Shown here: piece by piece, positions 35,716 to 45,434 of the stretch
Numbering within the stretch: the stretch's first letter is position 1
How the letters are laid out: each line of letters opens with the position of its first letter
DNA from: Geopsychrobacteraceae bacterium
GTDB lineage: Bacteria; Desulfobacterota; Desulfuromonadia; Desulfuromonadales; Geopsychrobacteraceae
Reading direction: 5' to 3'
Assembly (NCBI GenBank): GCA_963662315.1
Contig: OY759353.1
Location: forward strand, 4,512,001-4,576,000
DNA length: 64,000 nucleotides
Notes under the pieces: generated by a model
The model's input: the letters and a program-made list of their open reading frames with translations, nothing else
Told to the model about the DNA's origin: nothing
Database searches by the model: none
Made by a program: the position numbers and the translations under genes

Positions 35716-37836
35716 CTACTTGCTGCGTAAAATTTCTACAGAATCATCTGTTGTAAAGCCAGAGGTACTGTAATAACGTGCGGTTACGTTACCAATTCCG
35801 TCGCGTTCAAAACTATAATGTTTCAGGTAGTCCCAAGCCAGAACCTGTTCTTCTGGAATACAGTTATGTTCGCGAACCAAGGTGTAGGTATATTGGACTA
35901 GTGGGATATCTTGGGAATTGCTCCACCCATAGGTATCGAAACGACCACTGGTGTCCGAATAGTCAAAACTATCGATATCGGTGCTGAGGCCATTGGCATC
36001 AAAAACACTTTGCGCCCAGTCCTGAAGTGGCGTTGAAGCCCACAAGTCAGGCATTTCAAAGGGGAGATCACTTTCACCGTGTTGCAAGTAGATGGGGATC
36101 ATCTCCCCGGACTCCTCAATCACCTCTCCACTAAGGCTCATGGAGGGGAAAGAGGTACTGGCGACAGCGGAAAACAGATCTGTGTTGCTTAAGGCTAGGC
36201 CTTGAACAGTCTTTGATCCAAGGGAATGGCCGGCCCCATAGATGCGTGTTTGGTCGAGAACAATATTGTAATGTTCTGCTGTGGTTGCCATGATATCAGC
36301 AAGGACGTAATCAAAATTGGCATTGGTTTCCATAGTGAAGTCATAGGTTGTGCTGGTTCCCGTTGAGCCATTATATTTTTCACCGACAATGGCGATAATG
36401 CAGCCTTCATCATCCGCGACCTGCCACCACATGGCGCAGTCCATGAAAACACTAGCCGTTTGGGTCATGCCCGGATGGACGATCACAACAGGTGCTCCCT
36501 GACTACCCCAGATGTCTTTGGCACTGTTTGGAACATAGATCAGATAATCACGAGGATCGAGAACTCCGTCGCTATTGTAGTCTTCAAAGGCAAAGATACC
36601 GGTAATGACAGTCCCTGAATCCGGATCGTTGAAAGCTTTTACTGCCGTTGCTTGCTGGGCATAGATTTGATAGCCAATGGTTGTTCCATCTACTTTGGCG
36701 ACGAGTTTTGTTTCCTTAACTCCTGTCGCGGCTTCTTTTTGTGCATTGACCATCATTTCTGCATAGTCAAGCCGGTATTCCAGATTGTTACTATAAGCAA
36801 AAGTATTGGTGTAGCGGATGTAAATTGACAGGAAATCATAAATTGCCGTGGCTTTCATTCCTGAGCTTTGGCTAACCTTGACCTGGGCTATACCGTAGGT
36901 GGCATCGGCATTATCCTTCAGAATGCAACTGTTGGCATATTGGGTCTGCCATGCTTGTGAGTTGATATCCTGGAAATAAGTATCACCATCCGGGTCGGCA
37001 AGGACATCGTTGGCTTTTTTCCAGTACTCAATGCTGTAGTCCGAGTTTTCGTAACCGACAAACATGGTTGGCACCGGAACATCTGCACGGGTGATGAAGT
37101 CGCCACTGTAACCAAGGGACTGCAATGTTGCAATGAAGTCTGCATCATCTGGACCTGCATTGTAACCACCAGTATTTTTCCCGTTATATTCTTGGGCTCC
37201 TACAGTGTCGAGATAGTTCTGACCTGCACCTGGTCCACCTATGTAGGCCTGACTGATAACAAAAATCGGGTATTCCGCAGCCCATGCTTCCAACGGTGCA
37301 CAGCCTCCTTCATAACCGACCAGGTAAAAGGTACTGTAGGTTGAAATAACGGATATTGAATTATCGTTCTTGGTGCTGGTCAAAAATGACATGGCGGCAG
37401 TCACATAATCGTATTCAGCCGCAGTGCTACCCCAACCGTCAGCTCCTGGTTCCAGAGCAAGGATCGCTTCCCCCTTTTTATCTGCTAGTTGAATCCAGCC
37501 TTGTTCGTATAGGAATGTATAGGTTTCAACCCCATCAGGAACGGCAACAACAATCCATTTAGAGCGAAGAGGAGCCTCTTCTGAAATATATACTTTCAAG
37601 CTACGCTCAGTACCAACAGCCTTACTGAAATAGCCGGTCAATGGCATTTGTGTTGCCTGGCTGTAAACCGGGGTCAGTGCTTCTGTGTAGGCATTGAAAT
37701 CAGTTGCATCCGGTACGATAATCTCTTCGTCGCTGTTTTTGCTGTCGGAACCGCAACCACTGATGACAAGAGTTATTGTTATCAGTGTGACGAGCCATAA
37801 ATACAAAACATTCGATTTTGAACGTACGTACATCAT
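35716..37836 (-). CDS. Lipoprotein with tandem alpha/beta-hydrolase domains (PHB depolymerase/LpqC-like esterase)
   Basis: Lipobox ISGC-GSD; C-domain RDYLIYVP, PVVIVHPG, WWQVAD, RIYGAGHSLGS, REHNC; N-domain RSLKVYIS, WIQLAD, YLVGYEGG; AGGAGG RBS. Confidence 0.78.
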   Translation of the reverse strand: MMYVRSKSNVLYLWLVTLITITLVISGCGSDSKNSDEEIIVPDATDFNAYTEALTPVYSQATQMPLTGYFSKAVGTERSLKVYISEEAPLRSKWIVVAVPDGVETYTFLYEQGWIQLADKKGEAILALEPGADGWGSTAAEYDYVTAAMSFLTSTKNDNSISVISTYSTFYLVGYEGGCAPLEAWAAEYPIFVISQAYIGGPGAGQNYLDTVGAQEYNGKNTGGYNAGPDDADFIATLQSLGYSGDFITRADVPVPTMFVGYENSDYSIEYWKKANDVLADPDGDTYFQDINSQAWQTQYANSCILKDNADATYGIAQVKVSQSSGMKATAIYDFLSIYIRYTNTFAYSNNLEYRLDYAEMMVNAQKEAATGVKETKLVAKVDGTTIGYQIYAQQATAVKAFNDPDSGTVITGIFAFEDYNSDGVLDPRDYLIYVPNSAKDIWGSQGAPVVIVHPGMTQTASVFMDCAMWWQVADDEGCIIAIVGEKYNGSTGTSTTYDFTMETNANFDYVLADIMATTAEHYNIVLDQTRIYGAGHSLGSKTVQGLALSNTDLFSAVASTSFPSMSLSGEVIEESGEMIPIYLQHGESDLPFEMPDLWASTPLQDWAQSVFDANGLSTDIDSFDYSDTSGRFDTYGWSNSQDIPLVQYTYTLVREHNCIPEEQVLAWDYLKHYSFERDGIGNVTARYYSTSGFTTDDSVEILRSK

Positions 37837-37999
37837 TATCCTCCTGGGAAATTAAAAATAGGCATCCGATATGTCTCATTGTGCATAAACGTTGATTTTT
37901 TCCAGAGGCTCCTTTCTTTCGTTAATAGGGAGGTAGAATTAATTTTTATAAATATTAATATCCTGTTTAGTGATATGGAGGTTTTCTTGTTGGAATTAT

Positions 38000-38058
38000 A
38001 TTGTAGTAGGTTGGAAGGGCTGAAGTCTTTCAGATTTCTAAGATGTTTTTTCAAAAAA
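38000..38058 (-). promoter_or_regulatory. Promoter with the same direct-repeat operator, upstream of the esterase lipoprotein
   Basis: Minus strand TTTTTGAAA..TCTGAAAGACT (21-bp period), AAGACT-18 nt-TACAAT. Confidence 0.55.
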
Positions 38059-38192
38059 ACACGATTTGTAGAGCTTTATATGGGGTGCATTTCTGGGGTA
38101 CCAGTAAAGTCGTCAGGTTTGCAAGCAGAACTGTCGATTTAGGAGCTCAAGCGTACCGACCTGCACCGCAGAACGCGACAGACAGAGGGAAT

Positions 38193-39080
38193 TTATTTGC
38201 TACTTTTCCAGCGGGCAGGTGTTTGTTGCAGGTAACGTTTGAATGTATAGGTCAAGTGGGCCTGGCTGGAGAAACCTGTAGCCATTGCCACTTCCGATAT
38301 AGATAGCTCTGGCTTGGCTCTTAAAAGTTCCGCAGCTTTTTCAGTGCGTTTTTTCAGAACGTATTGATGTGGCGTCAGGCTAAACGTTCTGCGAAACAGA
38401 ACGGCAAAATGACCTGGGCTGATGCCAACCTCGTGGGCCATTTTTTCAACAGTAAGTTCAGATCCCAGTGACGTTGTGATGAAATCAGTAATCTGGTTTT
38501 TGTGGCGGTTTGACAGCCTGTGTTCCTTGTGGGGCAGGCTTCTTTTGATGGCATAATGTTGATGCAGCCAGCCAAGAATTGACATAGAGACACCTTCAGC
38601 AAATAGCAGCCCGTTGGGCTGATTATTCTTGAGTTCGCTGGCAAGTATCAGCACCATCTCTCTGAGAGGCTTGTCGATAAGGGCAAAGCGGGTTTCTAGA
38701 TCAAATGTTAACGCCTGATCAGGCAGGTAGCGCTGAATCGTTTCCGGATGAAGTTGCAGGCGCAGACTGGCTCCTTCAACCCCTTTCCACTTGCCAAAAT
38801 CCCTTTCAAAGGTTTGGCCATAGATATCGAAGCCGGGAGCGCCGTTGTCAAATACGCGGGTCGTTACACCACTTCGGTACCAGCGCTTTACTTCACCGCT
38901 GAGGCAAAATGACAGTATTGGCACCCCTGCATACTGAGGACCACATTCAGCGTCGCCAGGAACAATGGTTTCTTCAATCTGTAGACCTTGCCAGTTAGGT
39001 GGAAGGCTTAAAGTGGGGCGACCGTCATAGCCAAGAATCTGTGGGCAATGACTTCCGAGGCGAGCTTTTTCAAATGACAT
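38193..39080 (-). CDS. AraC-family transcriptional regulator (paralog 2)
   Basis: Shares R.GSHCPQ..G.DGR..L.LP..W.G..IEE and GFSSQAHLTY.FKRY with paralog 1. Confidence 0.92.
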   Translation of the reverse strand: MSFEKARLGSHCPQILGYDGRPTLSLPPNWQGLQIEETIVPGDAECGPQYAGVPILSFCLSGEVKRWYRSGVTTRVFDNGAPGFDIYGQTFERDFGKWKGVEGASLRLQLHPETIQRYLPDQALTFDLETRFALIDKPLREMVLILASELKNNQPNGLLFAEGVSMSILGWLHQHYAIKRSLPHKEHRLSNRHKNQITDFITTSLGSELTVEKMAHEVGISPGHFAVLFRRTFSLTPHQYVLKKRTEKAAELLRAKPELSISEVAMATGFSSQAHLTYTFKRYLQQTPARWKSSK

Positions 39081-39228
39081 AAACAATCTCCCCAAGATGT
39101 CCTACTGTGAGAAACGTAGTCTTTTTTGAAAGGATGCCAGGCTGCCGTGGAGTTGTCAAATTCAATAATGATTAGCTCAAAATAATAGCAGTCCTCCTCG
39201 TAGAAAGAAATCCACGAGGAGGGGTACT

Positions 39229-40017
39229 TTAAAGCGCTTTGACCAGGCCACCATCAACGACAATGGACTGGCCGGTAATATAGGTGTTGGCAGCAGAACA
39301 GAGAAATGCGGCTAGCTTGCCGTATTCGGCGGGTTCTCCATAGCGGCCCAGTGGAATGGTTTTGAAGGTGTTCTGCTGGAGTTCATCTACTGAGATTCCT
39401 GCTTTGTCGGCGCGGATGGCATCGAGCTGATCGATTCTGGCTGTGCCGATACGCCCCGGAGCGATGACATTGACCAGAATTCCGTCCTTACCAAGTTCCT
39501 GGGACAGACTCTTGGCCAGGCCAACAACCCCGGCGCGGAAGGTATTGGACAGAATCAGGTTGTCGAGAACTGCTTTGATGGAGGATGAGGTTGAACAGAG
39601 AATGCGCCCACCGCCGCCAGCACGCATATGAGGAAGAACCTCGCGAACCGCACGAACATAGGAAAGCAGCGTCAGTTCATAAGCTTTTTGCCATGCTTCA
39701 TCATCGAAGCTGTCAAAGGTTCCTGCAGGAGGGCCACCGCTGTTATTGATCAGGGCGAATACCCCTCCGAAGCTGGTGACTGTAGTCGCAACCAAGTGTT
39801 TGATATCTTGGGCACAGGTCAAATCACCGACACAATATTCAGGTTTGTTTCCCGTTGCGGCCTTAATTTCTGCTTGCGTTTCTTTCAGTCTTTCTTCAGA
39901 CGAACTGAACAGCATGACGCGGGCTTTTTCACGCGCTAGTTCGCAGGCAACCGCTTTCCCCAGCCCTGAGCTTGATGCCATGACAATGACGTTTTTATTA
40001 TTTAAGCCAAGATCCAT
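39229..40017 (-). CDS. SDR-family oxidoreductase (FabG-like)
   Basis: [50 protein letters not shown]. Confidence 0.9.
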   Translation of the reverse strand: MDLGLNNKNVIVMASSSGLGKAVACELAREKARVMLFSSSEERLKETQAEIKAATGNKPEYCVGDLTCAQDIKHLVATTVTSFGGVFALINNSGGPPAGTFDSFDDEAWQKAYELTLLSYVRAVREVLPHMRAGGGGRILCSTSSSIKAVLDNLILSNTFRAGVVGLAKSLSQELGKDGILVNVIAPGRIGTARIDQLDAIRADKAGISVDELQQNTFKTIPLGRYGEPAEYGKLAAFLCSAANTYITGQSIVVDGGLVKAL

Positions 40018-40447
40018 AGATAATTCTCCTTTGCTTTTATTGGTAAGTACCCAGCGTTTTTAAATTGGGCATGGCGCTGTGTGGGACAGTTTTGACAACA
40101 GCTGCCAGCTATGTTCATGATGAGAATTCTAGACAATATCTTCAGACTTGCCAAGCTGCCGAAGCGAGAACACGGAGAACTGTTATGGAAAGGGATGGTG
40201 GGGCCACTGTCTCCCATGGACTGTATTTATGAGCAAGGCAGAGACGCTGGTCTCCGACATAGGAGAATTTCGCCAGCTTAAAAGGGTGGCCAGGGTGCAG
40301 GGCTATCCCGCTGATGCTGACCGTCAGCGTTGGCGCAACGTGAGAGGTATTATGTTCAATGACCGCATGATCATAGATCGTTGAAAGTGATGATTATTTA
40401 ATGGGGAGGGAGTGGTGTGGCAGATCGTTCTGATCAGTCAGAGAAGG

Positions 40448-42364
40448 TCAGGTCTGCTGCTTAGATTTCAGATGCCGGATAATCTGCCTGAGTTGAGTCC
40501 TCTCCTCGGAGGTAGGTCGCCTGTTCTGGTAAATCGCCTGACCGTAAATTTCAGCAAACCGCTGGCAAAGTGGCTCTTGGGTCTGTTCGGCAAGGTCATA
40601 GAGGCCCGTTGACGGAGAAAATTTTGTTGGATAGTTCATTTTTGCAACGGCCTTGAGGTAAGACCTGAGTAGATTTTTGTGTGGCTGCTGCCAACGCCGC
40701 CACCCGAGGTAAAGAAGCAGGATTCCCGCTCCAGAAGCGACCCAGGCAATGCTGAAAAAGCCACTGCTCTTTATATTAGGAAGTTCCTTAACCACGTGCA
40801 GGAGAGATTTTATCAGAGCAAATTGCTGACGCAAATCATAATTGATGACAAACTGACTCCAATGATGTTCGAGAACATCGATGACTGCGGACAGTGACGA
40901 TATGCGGGTCCGTTGCGCCAGCTGAAAGGCTTCTGTACTGTTGATTGCCAGGCGGCTTGGGTCAATGCGTTGCCAGATGCCTTCATCATTGAGTGCTTCC
41001 ACCCAGACATGAGCCTGGTCCTGGGTGATCAGGTAATAGCCTCCCAGCTCATTGTAATCCCCTCCCAGATACCCTCCGACCAGGCGGGTCGGAACACCTG
41101 CCAGCCTTAACAGGATGGCATAACTCGAGGCAAAATATTCACAGTAGCCGCGCTTGTTGACATACAGGAAGGTGTCGATCGGATCAGCTGTGACAGGTAG
41201 CCGGGTTGTGGAATAACTGAGTTTCTGGCTGTGAAAAAATTGATTAAGGGCACTGACCTTTGCGGAAAAATTGGAGTTCTGTGCCAAGCGTTGCCCTTCC
41301 TGGCGGGTCCGTTCGCTCAGGCGGTCAGGAAGCTGAAGGTATTTTTGGCGGTTACCATGCAGAACACTTTGGGCGTCGGTCTGTACCTGAATGTCGTAAC
41401 GATACTTCTTGTCATTGGGCCTGCGGAGTTGCAGGGCACCATCACTGTGTAATGTTATCCAGTTCCCGGGAGCATTGAGAATCTTGACCGGTCGATCCAG
41501 CGCCGGCAGGTGAACGTCGCTCTTTGGTTCTGCGTAAAAAGTCAGCATACGAGGGGGGCTTTGGGCGCTGCTCACCTTTTCTTGGGGCTCGGCTGCTTCG
41601 TGGTGCCAGCTTTGCCCCTCTAAGCGACTGAAGACAATCGCTCGCCAGTAAAGCTGTTCCGGTGGCATGGGTGTGGTTTCGGCACGAAAAACCAGGGTCG
41701 TATCGGCGGTCAGGTCGCTGATCGGTCCAGGTTTTACCTGGTCGCTGATACCGGTAACTGCTCTGGTTTCAGGATTTAGAAAGTTCCAGAGAGGTGTCTG
41801 GGTACGCGGCAAAATAAGAAAGAAAAATACCATCAGCAGCAATGATCCGACTGGCAGCAGTAATGCCGCCTTCGTCAGGTAGCGCCAGTCCCCGCGGCTA
41901 AAGCGTAGGGTCGGATCGGTGACCGAAAAGCTGAGAAAGACTAACCCTGTTGTTACCAGAAAAATAATGATGACCAGGTAAATCAGGTAGCCCGGATCCA
42001 GGACCAGCATTGACGAACCTGCCAGAATCATGCTCGCCAACAGGAAAATCTGCAGCAGATAGCGCGCTGTTTTGGGGCCGGCCAATCGCACAGCAAGTAA
42101 CAGACAGAGAAATTCAAGCAGTGGTGTGGCCAGATCAGCCAGTGAAACGTGGGCGATAAACAACAGGAAAAAAACGATGGACAGAAGGGTGCAAACAGGT
42201 TCGGAGAGGGTTTTGAACTTTTTAACATCCGTTACGATTCCGATGCTGAATGCCCCGAACAGAACCGCAAGGACCCATGACCCCAGAAATGGCAGAACCG
42301 GAATCAGCCCAACCCCTGCGGCGAGATAGGCCTGGATCTTCAGGATGTGTTCAATGGAGATCAT
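40448..42364 (-). CDS. Membrane transglutaminase-like protein (TgpA/DUF3488 family)
   Basis: N-terminal TM helices, LYWRAIV, RGYCEYFASS, AHVWVE, IDPS (Cys-His-Asp). Confidence 0.88.
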   Translation of the reverse strand: MISIEHILKIQAYLAAGVGLIPVLPFLGSWVLAVLFGAFSIGIVTDVKKFKTLSEPVCTLLSIVFFLLFIAHVSLADLATPLLEFLCLLLAVRLAGPKTARYLLQIFLLASMILAGSSMLVLDPGYLIYLVIIIFLVTTGLVFLSFSVTDPTLRFSRGDWRYLTKAALLLPVGSLLLMVFFFLILPRTQTPLWNFLNPETRAVTGISDQVKPGPISDLTADTTLVFRAETTPMPPEQLYWRAIVFSRLEGQSWHHEAAEPQEKVSSAQSPPRMLTFYAEPKSDVHLPALDRPVKILNAPGNWITLHSDGALQLRRPNDKKYRYDIQVQTDAQSVLHGNRQKYLQLPDRLSERTRQEGQRLAQNSNFSAKVSALNQFFHSQKLSYSTTRLPVTADPIDTFLYVNKRGYCEYFASSYAILLRLAGVPTRLVGGYLGGDYNELGGYYLITQDQAHVWVEALNDEGIWQRIDPSRLAINSTEAFQLAQRTRISSLSAVIDVLEHHWSQFVINYDLRQQFALIKSLLHVVKELPNIKSSGFFSIAWVASGAGILLLYLGWRRWQQPHKNLLRSYLKAVAKMNYPTKFSPSTGLYDLAEQTQEPLCQRFAEIYGQAIYQNRRPTSEERTQLRQIIRHLKSKQQT

Positions 42365-43178
42365 AAAGGGCTAGCTCTTTCAATAGTCGGTTGCGTTGCT
42401 GTAGACCGGTTTGTGGAACAAATGTCTGTTCACCAAGTTGCAGACCGACAGCATTGTTAATCCGCAGCAGTTGCTCTACGACAAAAGTACATTGACTCAG
42501 CTGGTTTTCCAGGGGGCCACTAAAATCCTCAAGTCTCAGGGTTACCGCAGGCGCCCCCTGATGCTGGTAACGCTTGACCTTGAAGTCATCCTGGCGGGCG
42601 GAATGCTTCCAATGAATATCTTTGTAGGAATCTCTGCCCTGGTAGGCGTCGATGCTGCGTAGTTCACCATCCTGTCCTGGTTGAGCGAGGTCACGCTGGC
42701 GTCTGGCTATGGTCGCAGCAGCCCCGGTTGGATGGTGGACCGGGCGTGGCATAGGATAGACCAGGATGTTATCGACAGCGGGCAAACGGCTTGAGCGGAT
42801 AAAGAAATTTACGGGAAAACGTGATTTAACCCAGATCCTGGTAAGCTGCTGATAGCCACGCTGGGGCAAGATTAGTGAAAGAGTCAGATGTTGTTTGTCT
42901 CCTGGTGCCAACACAGAAAACAGCCGGGAGTTATCGCCGATAGCAACTTCAATTAAAAACGCGGGAAGGTATTTGCGGGTATTTTCAAGTTGAACCTCTA
43001 TCTGGGCAGGCAACCCGGCAAAAATATCCTGTCCGTGAAGGACTGTGACCTTGAGCTTCTTGAGATTCTGCTGTCCCATGAGCCCGGAAATTGCCATAAA
43101 GCCGAGCAGCGCTGAAACCATCAGGTACAGCAGGTTATTGCCGGTATTCACCGCGGCAAAGCCGAGCAGCAGGGTCAT
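42351..43178 (-). CDS. DUF58-domain protein (start uncertain)
   Basis: FAAVNTGNNLLYL, SRFPVNFF, LVYP.P, IDAYQG.D....IHWKHSAR; typical MoxR partner. Confidence 0.85.
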   Translation of the reverse strand: MTLLLGFAAVNTGNNLLYLMVSALLGFMAISGLMGQQNLKKLKVTVLHGQDIFAGLPAQIEVQLENTRKYLPAFLIEVAIGDNSRLFSVLAPGDKQHLTLSLILPQRGYQQLTRIWVKSRFPVNFFIRSSRLPAVDNILVYPMPRPVHHPTGAAATIARRQRDLAQPGQDGELRSIDAYQGRDSYKDIHWKHSARQDDFKVKRYQHQGAPAVTLRLEDFSGPLENQLSQCTFVVEQLLRINNAVGLQLGEQTFVPQTGLQQRNRLLKELALYDLH

Positions 43179-43210
43179 GACAATATAAATTGCCCCGGAC
43201 CTGGTGAGTT

Positions 43211-44152
43211 TTAGCCCATAGGAACGGGAATTTTTTCGAGTAGCGATCGGAAGACCTCTTCTTTATTAAGCATCTGATATTCAGGGTTAAAAATCAAACG
43301 ATGGGCGGCCACCGGCACCGCTATATGCTGAATATCCTCAGGTACGACATAGTTACGTCCGTTCAGGTAGGCTTCTGCCTTGGCAGCAGCGGCCAGGCTC
43401 AGGCCTGCCCGGGTTGATAAGCCGGCCGCTATGTGGGGATGACTGCGCGATGTGTCGATCAGTGTGTGGATGTAATCAATAACCAGGTCACCCAGCATGA
43501 TTTCCGAGCGGATATATTTGGTCGTTGCAAGAAGCTCGTCCTTGTGCAGTTGTGGCGTAATCTCTGACAATTCATCACGAATACTTCCATGACGGAGAAT
43601 CTGTTTTTCCATTTCGGCAGAGGGATAGCCGATACCGGTGGTCATCAAAAAACGATCCAACTGTGATTCGGGTAGCGGAAAGGTCCCGATCTGCTCCGCC
43701 GGATTCTGGGTCGCAATCACTAAAAAGGGCTCAGGCAGAGGATAGGTGGTCCCTTCAATGGTCACCCGCTTTTCTTCCATTGCTTCCAGCATGGCACTCT
43801 GGGTTTTGGGCATGGCCCGGTTGACCTCGTCGAGCAGAATCAGATTGTTGAAAATCGGCCCTTTGACAAAGTTGAATTCATTGTTTTGGCGGTTGAATAT
43901 AGACAGACCAGTGATATCCGATGGCAACAGATCACTGGTGCACTGAATACGGCCGAATTGCAGGCCGAGAATCCCTGCCAGGGCTAGGGCCAGGCTGGTT
44001 TTGCCGAGGCCGGGAATGTCTTCAAGCAACAGGTGTCCGTCGGCCAGCAGGCAGATCATGGACAGGCGGATAGCCCGGCGTTTGCCCTGCAGATAGTTGG
44101 ATGCGAGGCTTTCGATAACCGCAAGGATTTGTTTATGCTGGTACAGTTCCAT
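43211..44152 (-). CDS. moxR: MoxR-family AAA+ ATPase
   Basis: GHLLLEDIPGLGKT, RIQCTSDLLPSDITG, DEVNRAMPKTQSA.LEAMEE, ATQNP.EQ.GTFPLPESQLDRF. Confidence 0.93.
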   Translation of the reverse strand: MELYQHKQILAVIESLASNYLQGKRRAIRLSMICLLADGHLLLEDIPGLGKTSLALALAGILGLQFGRIQCTSDLLPSDITGLSIFNRQNNEFNFVKGPIFNNLILLDEVNRAMPKTQSAMLEAMEEKRVTIEGTTYPLPEPFLVIATQNPAEQIGTFPLPESQLDRFLMTTGIGYPSAEMEKQILRHGSIRDELSEITPQLHKDELLATTKYIRSEIMLGDLVIDYIHTLIDTSRSHPHIAAGLSTRAGLSLAAAAKAEAYLNGRNYVVPEDIQHIAVPVAAHRLIFNPEYQMLNKEEVFRSLLEKIPVPMG

Positions 44153-44299
44153 ATTTGTTCCCGCCACGAAGCTCTCCTTAACGAGGACGTGAAAACTTTA
44201 TAATCTTTTCTATTGTGCCTGTAGCAGGGTGGTATTGTCCAGTCTTTGCCTGCTCTTTATTGTCACGCTCGTGCTATAGTTGTTGAGTTGGAGGTGTCT

Positions 44300-45337
44300 A
44301 TGCGTGCAATGATTCTTGAACAGACAGCCGATTTGCGGGTCAATAAAAGGCCGTTACGCTTGGCTGACCGACCTGTCCCGGAGCCCGGCGCGGGGCTGGT
44401 CAGACTCAAGGTATTAACCTGTGGCGTCTGTCATACTGAGCTTGATGAGATTGAGGGGCGAACCCCGCCATCATATTATCCGGTTATACTGGGCCACCAG
44501 GTTGTCGGTATTGTCGATAAGGTCGGGCTTGGCGTCGAAACGGCAATGGTTGGTCAACGGGTCGGCGTCGCCTGGATCTATTCGGCCTGTGGTGATTGTC
44601 CCTGGTGTCGTCAGGGACTGGAGAATTTATGCCCCGACTATCTCGCCACGGGGCGTGATAGTGATGGTGGGTATGCTGAATACATGCTGGCCCCCGCAGC
44701 TTTTGTGCATAACATACCGGAGCTATTCGATGACGCTGAAGCCGCGCCGCTGTTGTGTGCAGGGGCCATCGGTTATCGCTCTTTAGCGTTGACTGGCATG
44801 CACAACAATTTGGGGCCACTCGGGCTGACCGGGTTTGGTGCCTCGGCCCATTTGGTGTTACAACTGGTGAGACACCTATATCCTGCGGTGCCGGTCTATG
44901 TGTTTGCCCGCAGTCCCGAGGAACAGCAATTTGCCCTTGCGTTGGGAGCCTCCTGGTCCGGAACAACCGATGCGCAACCGCCGCAACTCATGTCGGCGGT
45001 TATCGATACAACGCCGGCATGGAAGCCGGTTCTGTCTGCCTTACGTTCTCTCGCTCCGGGAGGGCGTCTGGTAATTAACGCGATACGTAAAGAATCTCAT
45101 GATCGTGGGTTGTTGACAGAGCTCGACTATCCTGCCCATTTATGGTTGGAAAAAGAAATTAAAAGTGTGGCAAATGTAACACGTTATGATGTTCAGGAAT
45201 TTCTTCGACTTGCTGCTGAGATTCCTGTCCATCCCGTTTACGAAGAATATGACCTCAGCGACGCAAACCGCGCCCTTGTCGAGTTGAAAGAACGTCATAT
45301 CCGTGGGGCCAAGGTCCTGCGGGTTTCATACCGATAG
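44300..45337 (+). CDS. Zinc-dependent alcohol dehydrogenase family protein
   Basis: CGVCHTELD, GHQVVG, CGDCPWC...ENLC, APLLCAG.IGYR, GFGASAH; GGAGG before ATG 44300. Confidence 0.92.
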   Translation: MRAMILEQTADLRVNKRPLRLADRPVPEPGAGLVRLKVLTCGVCHTELDEIEGRTPPSYYPVILGHQVVGIVDKVGLGVETAMVGQRVGVAWIYSACGDCPWCRQGLENLCPDYLATGRDSDGGYAEYMLAPAAFVHNIPELFDDAEAAPLLCAGAIGYRSLALTGMHNNLGPLGLTGFGASAHLVLQLVRHLYPAVPVYVFARSPEEQQFALALGASWSGTTDAQPPQLMSAVIDTTPAWKPVLSALRSLAPGGRLVINAIRKESHDRGLLTELDYPAHLWLEKEIKSVANVTRYDVQEFLRLAAEIPVHPVYEEYDLSDANRALVELKERHIRGAKVLRVSYR

Positions 45338-45434
45338 TATTCGCAGTGTGCTGAGGCATCGAATGGCCACTTGGCTCTGATGGTGGCGGATGTGTTATAT
45401 AGTTATTAACGGAGGGACTGTTATCGAGGTGTAA

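Noticed and set aside
40100..40390. Short ORFs between the SDR and transglutaminase genes (e.g. 40148..40384)
   Set aside because: No motif, convincing RBS or consistent frame; cannot be supported as genes
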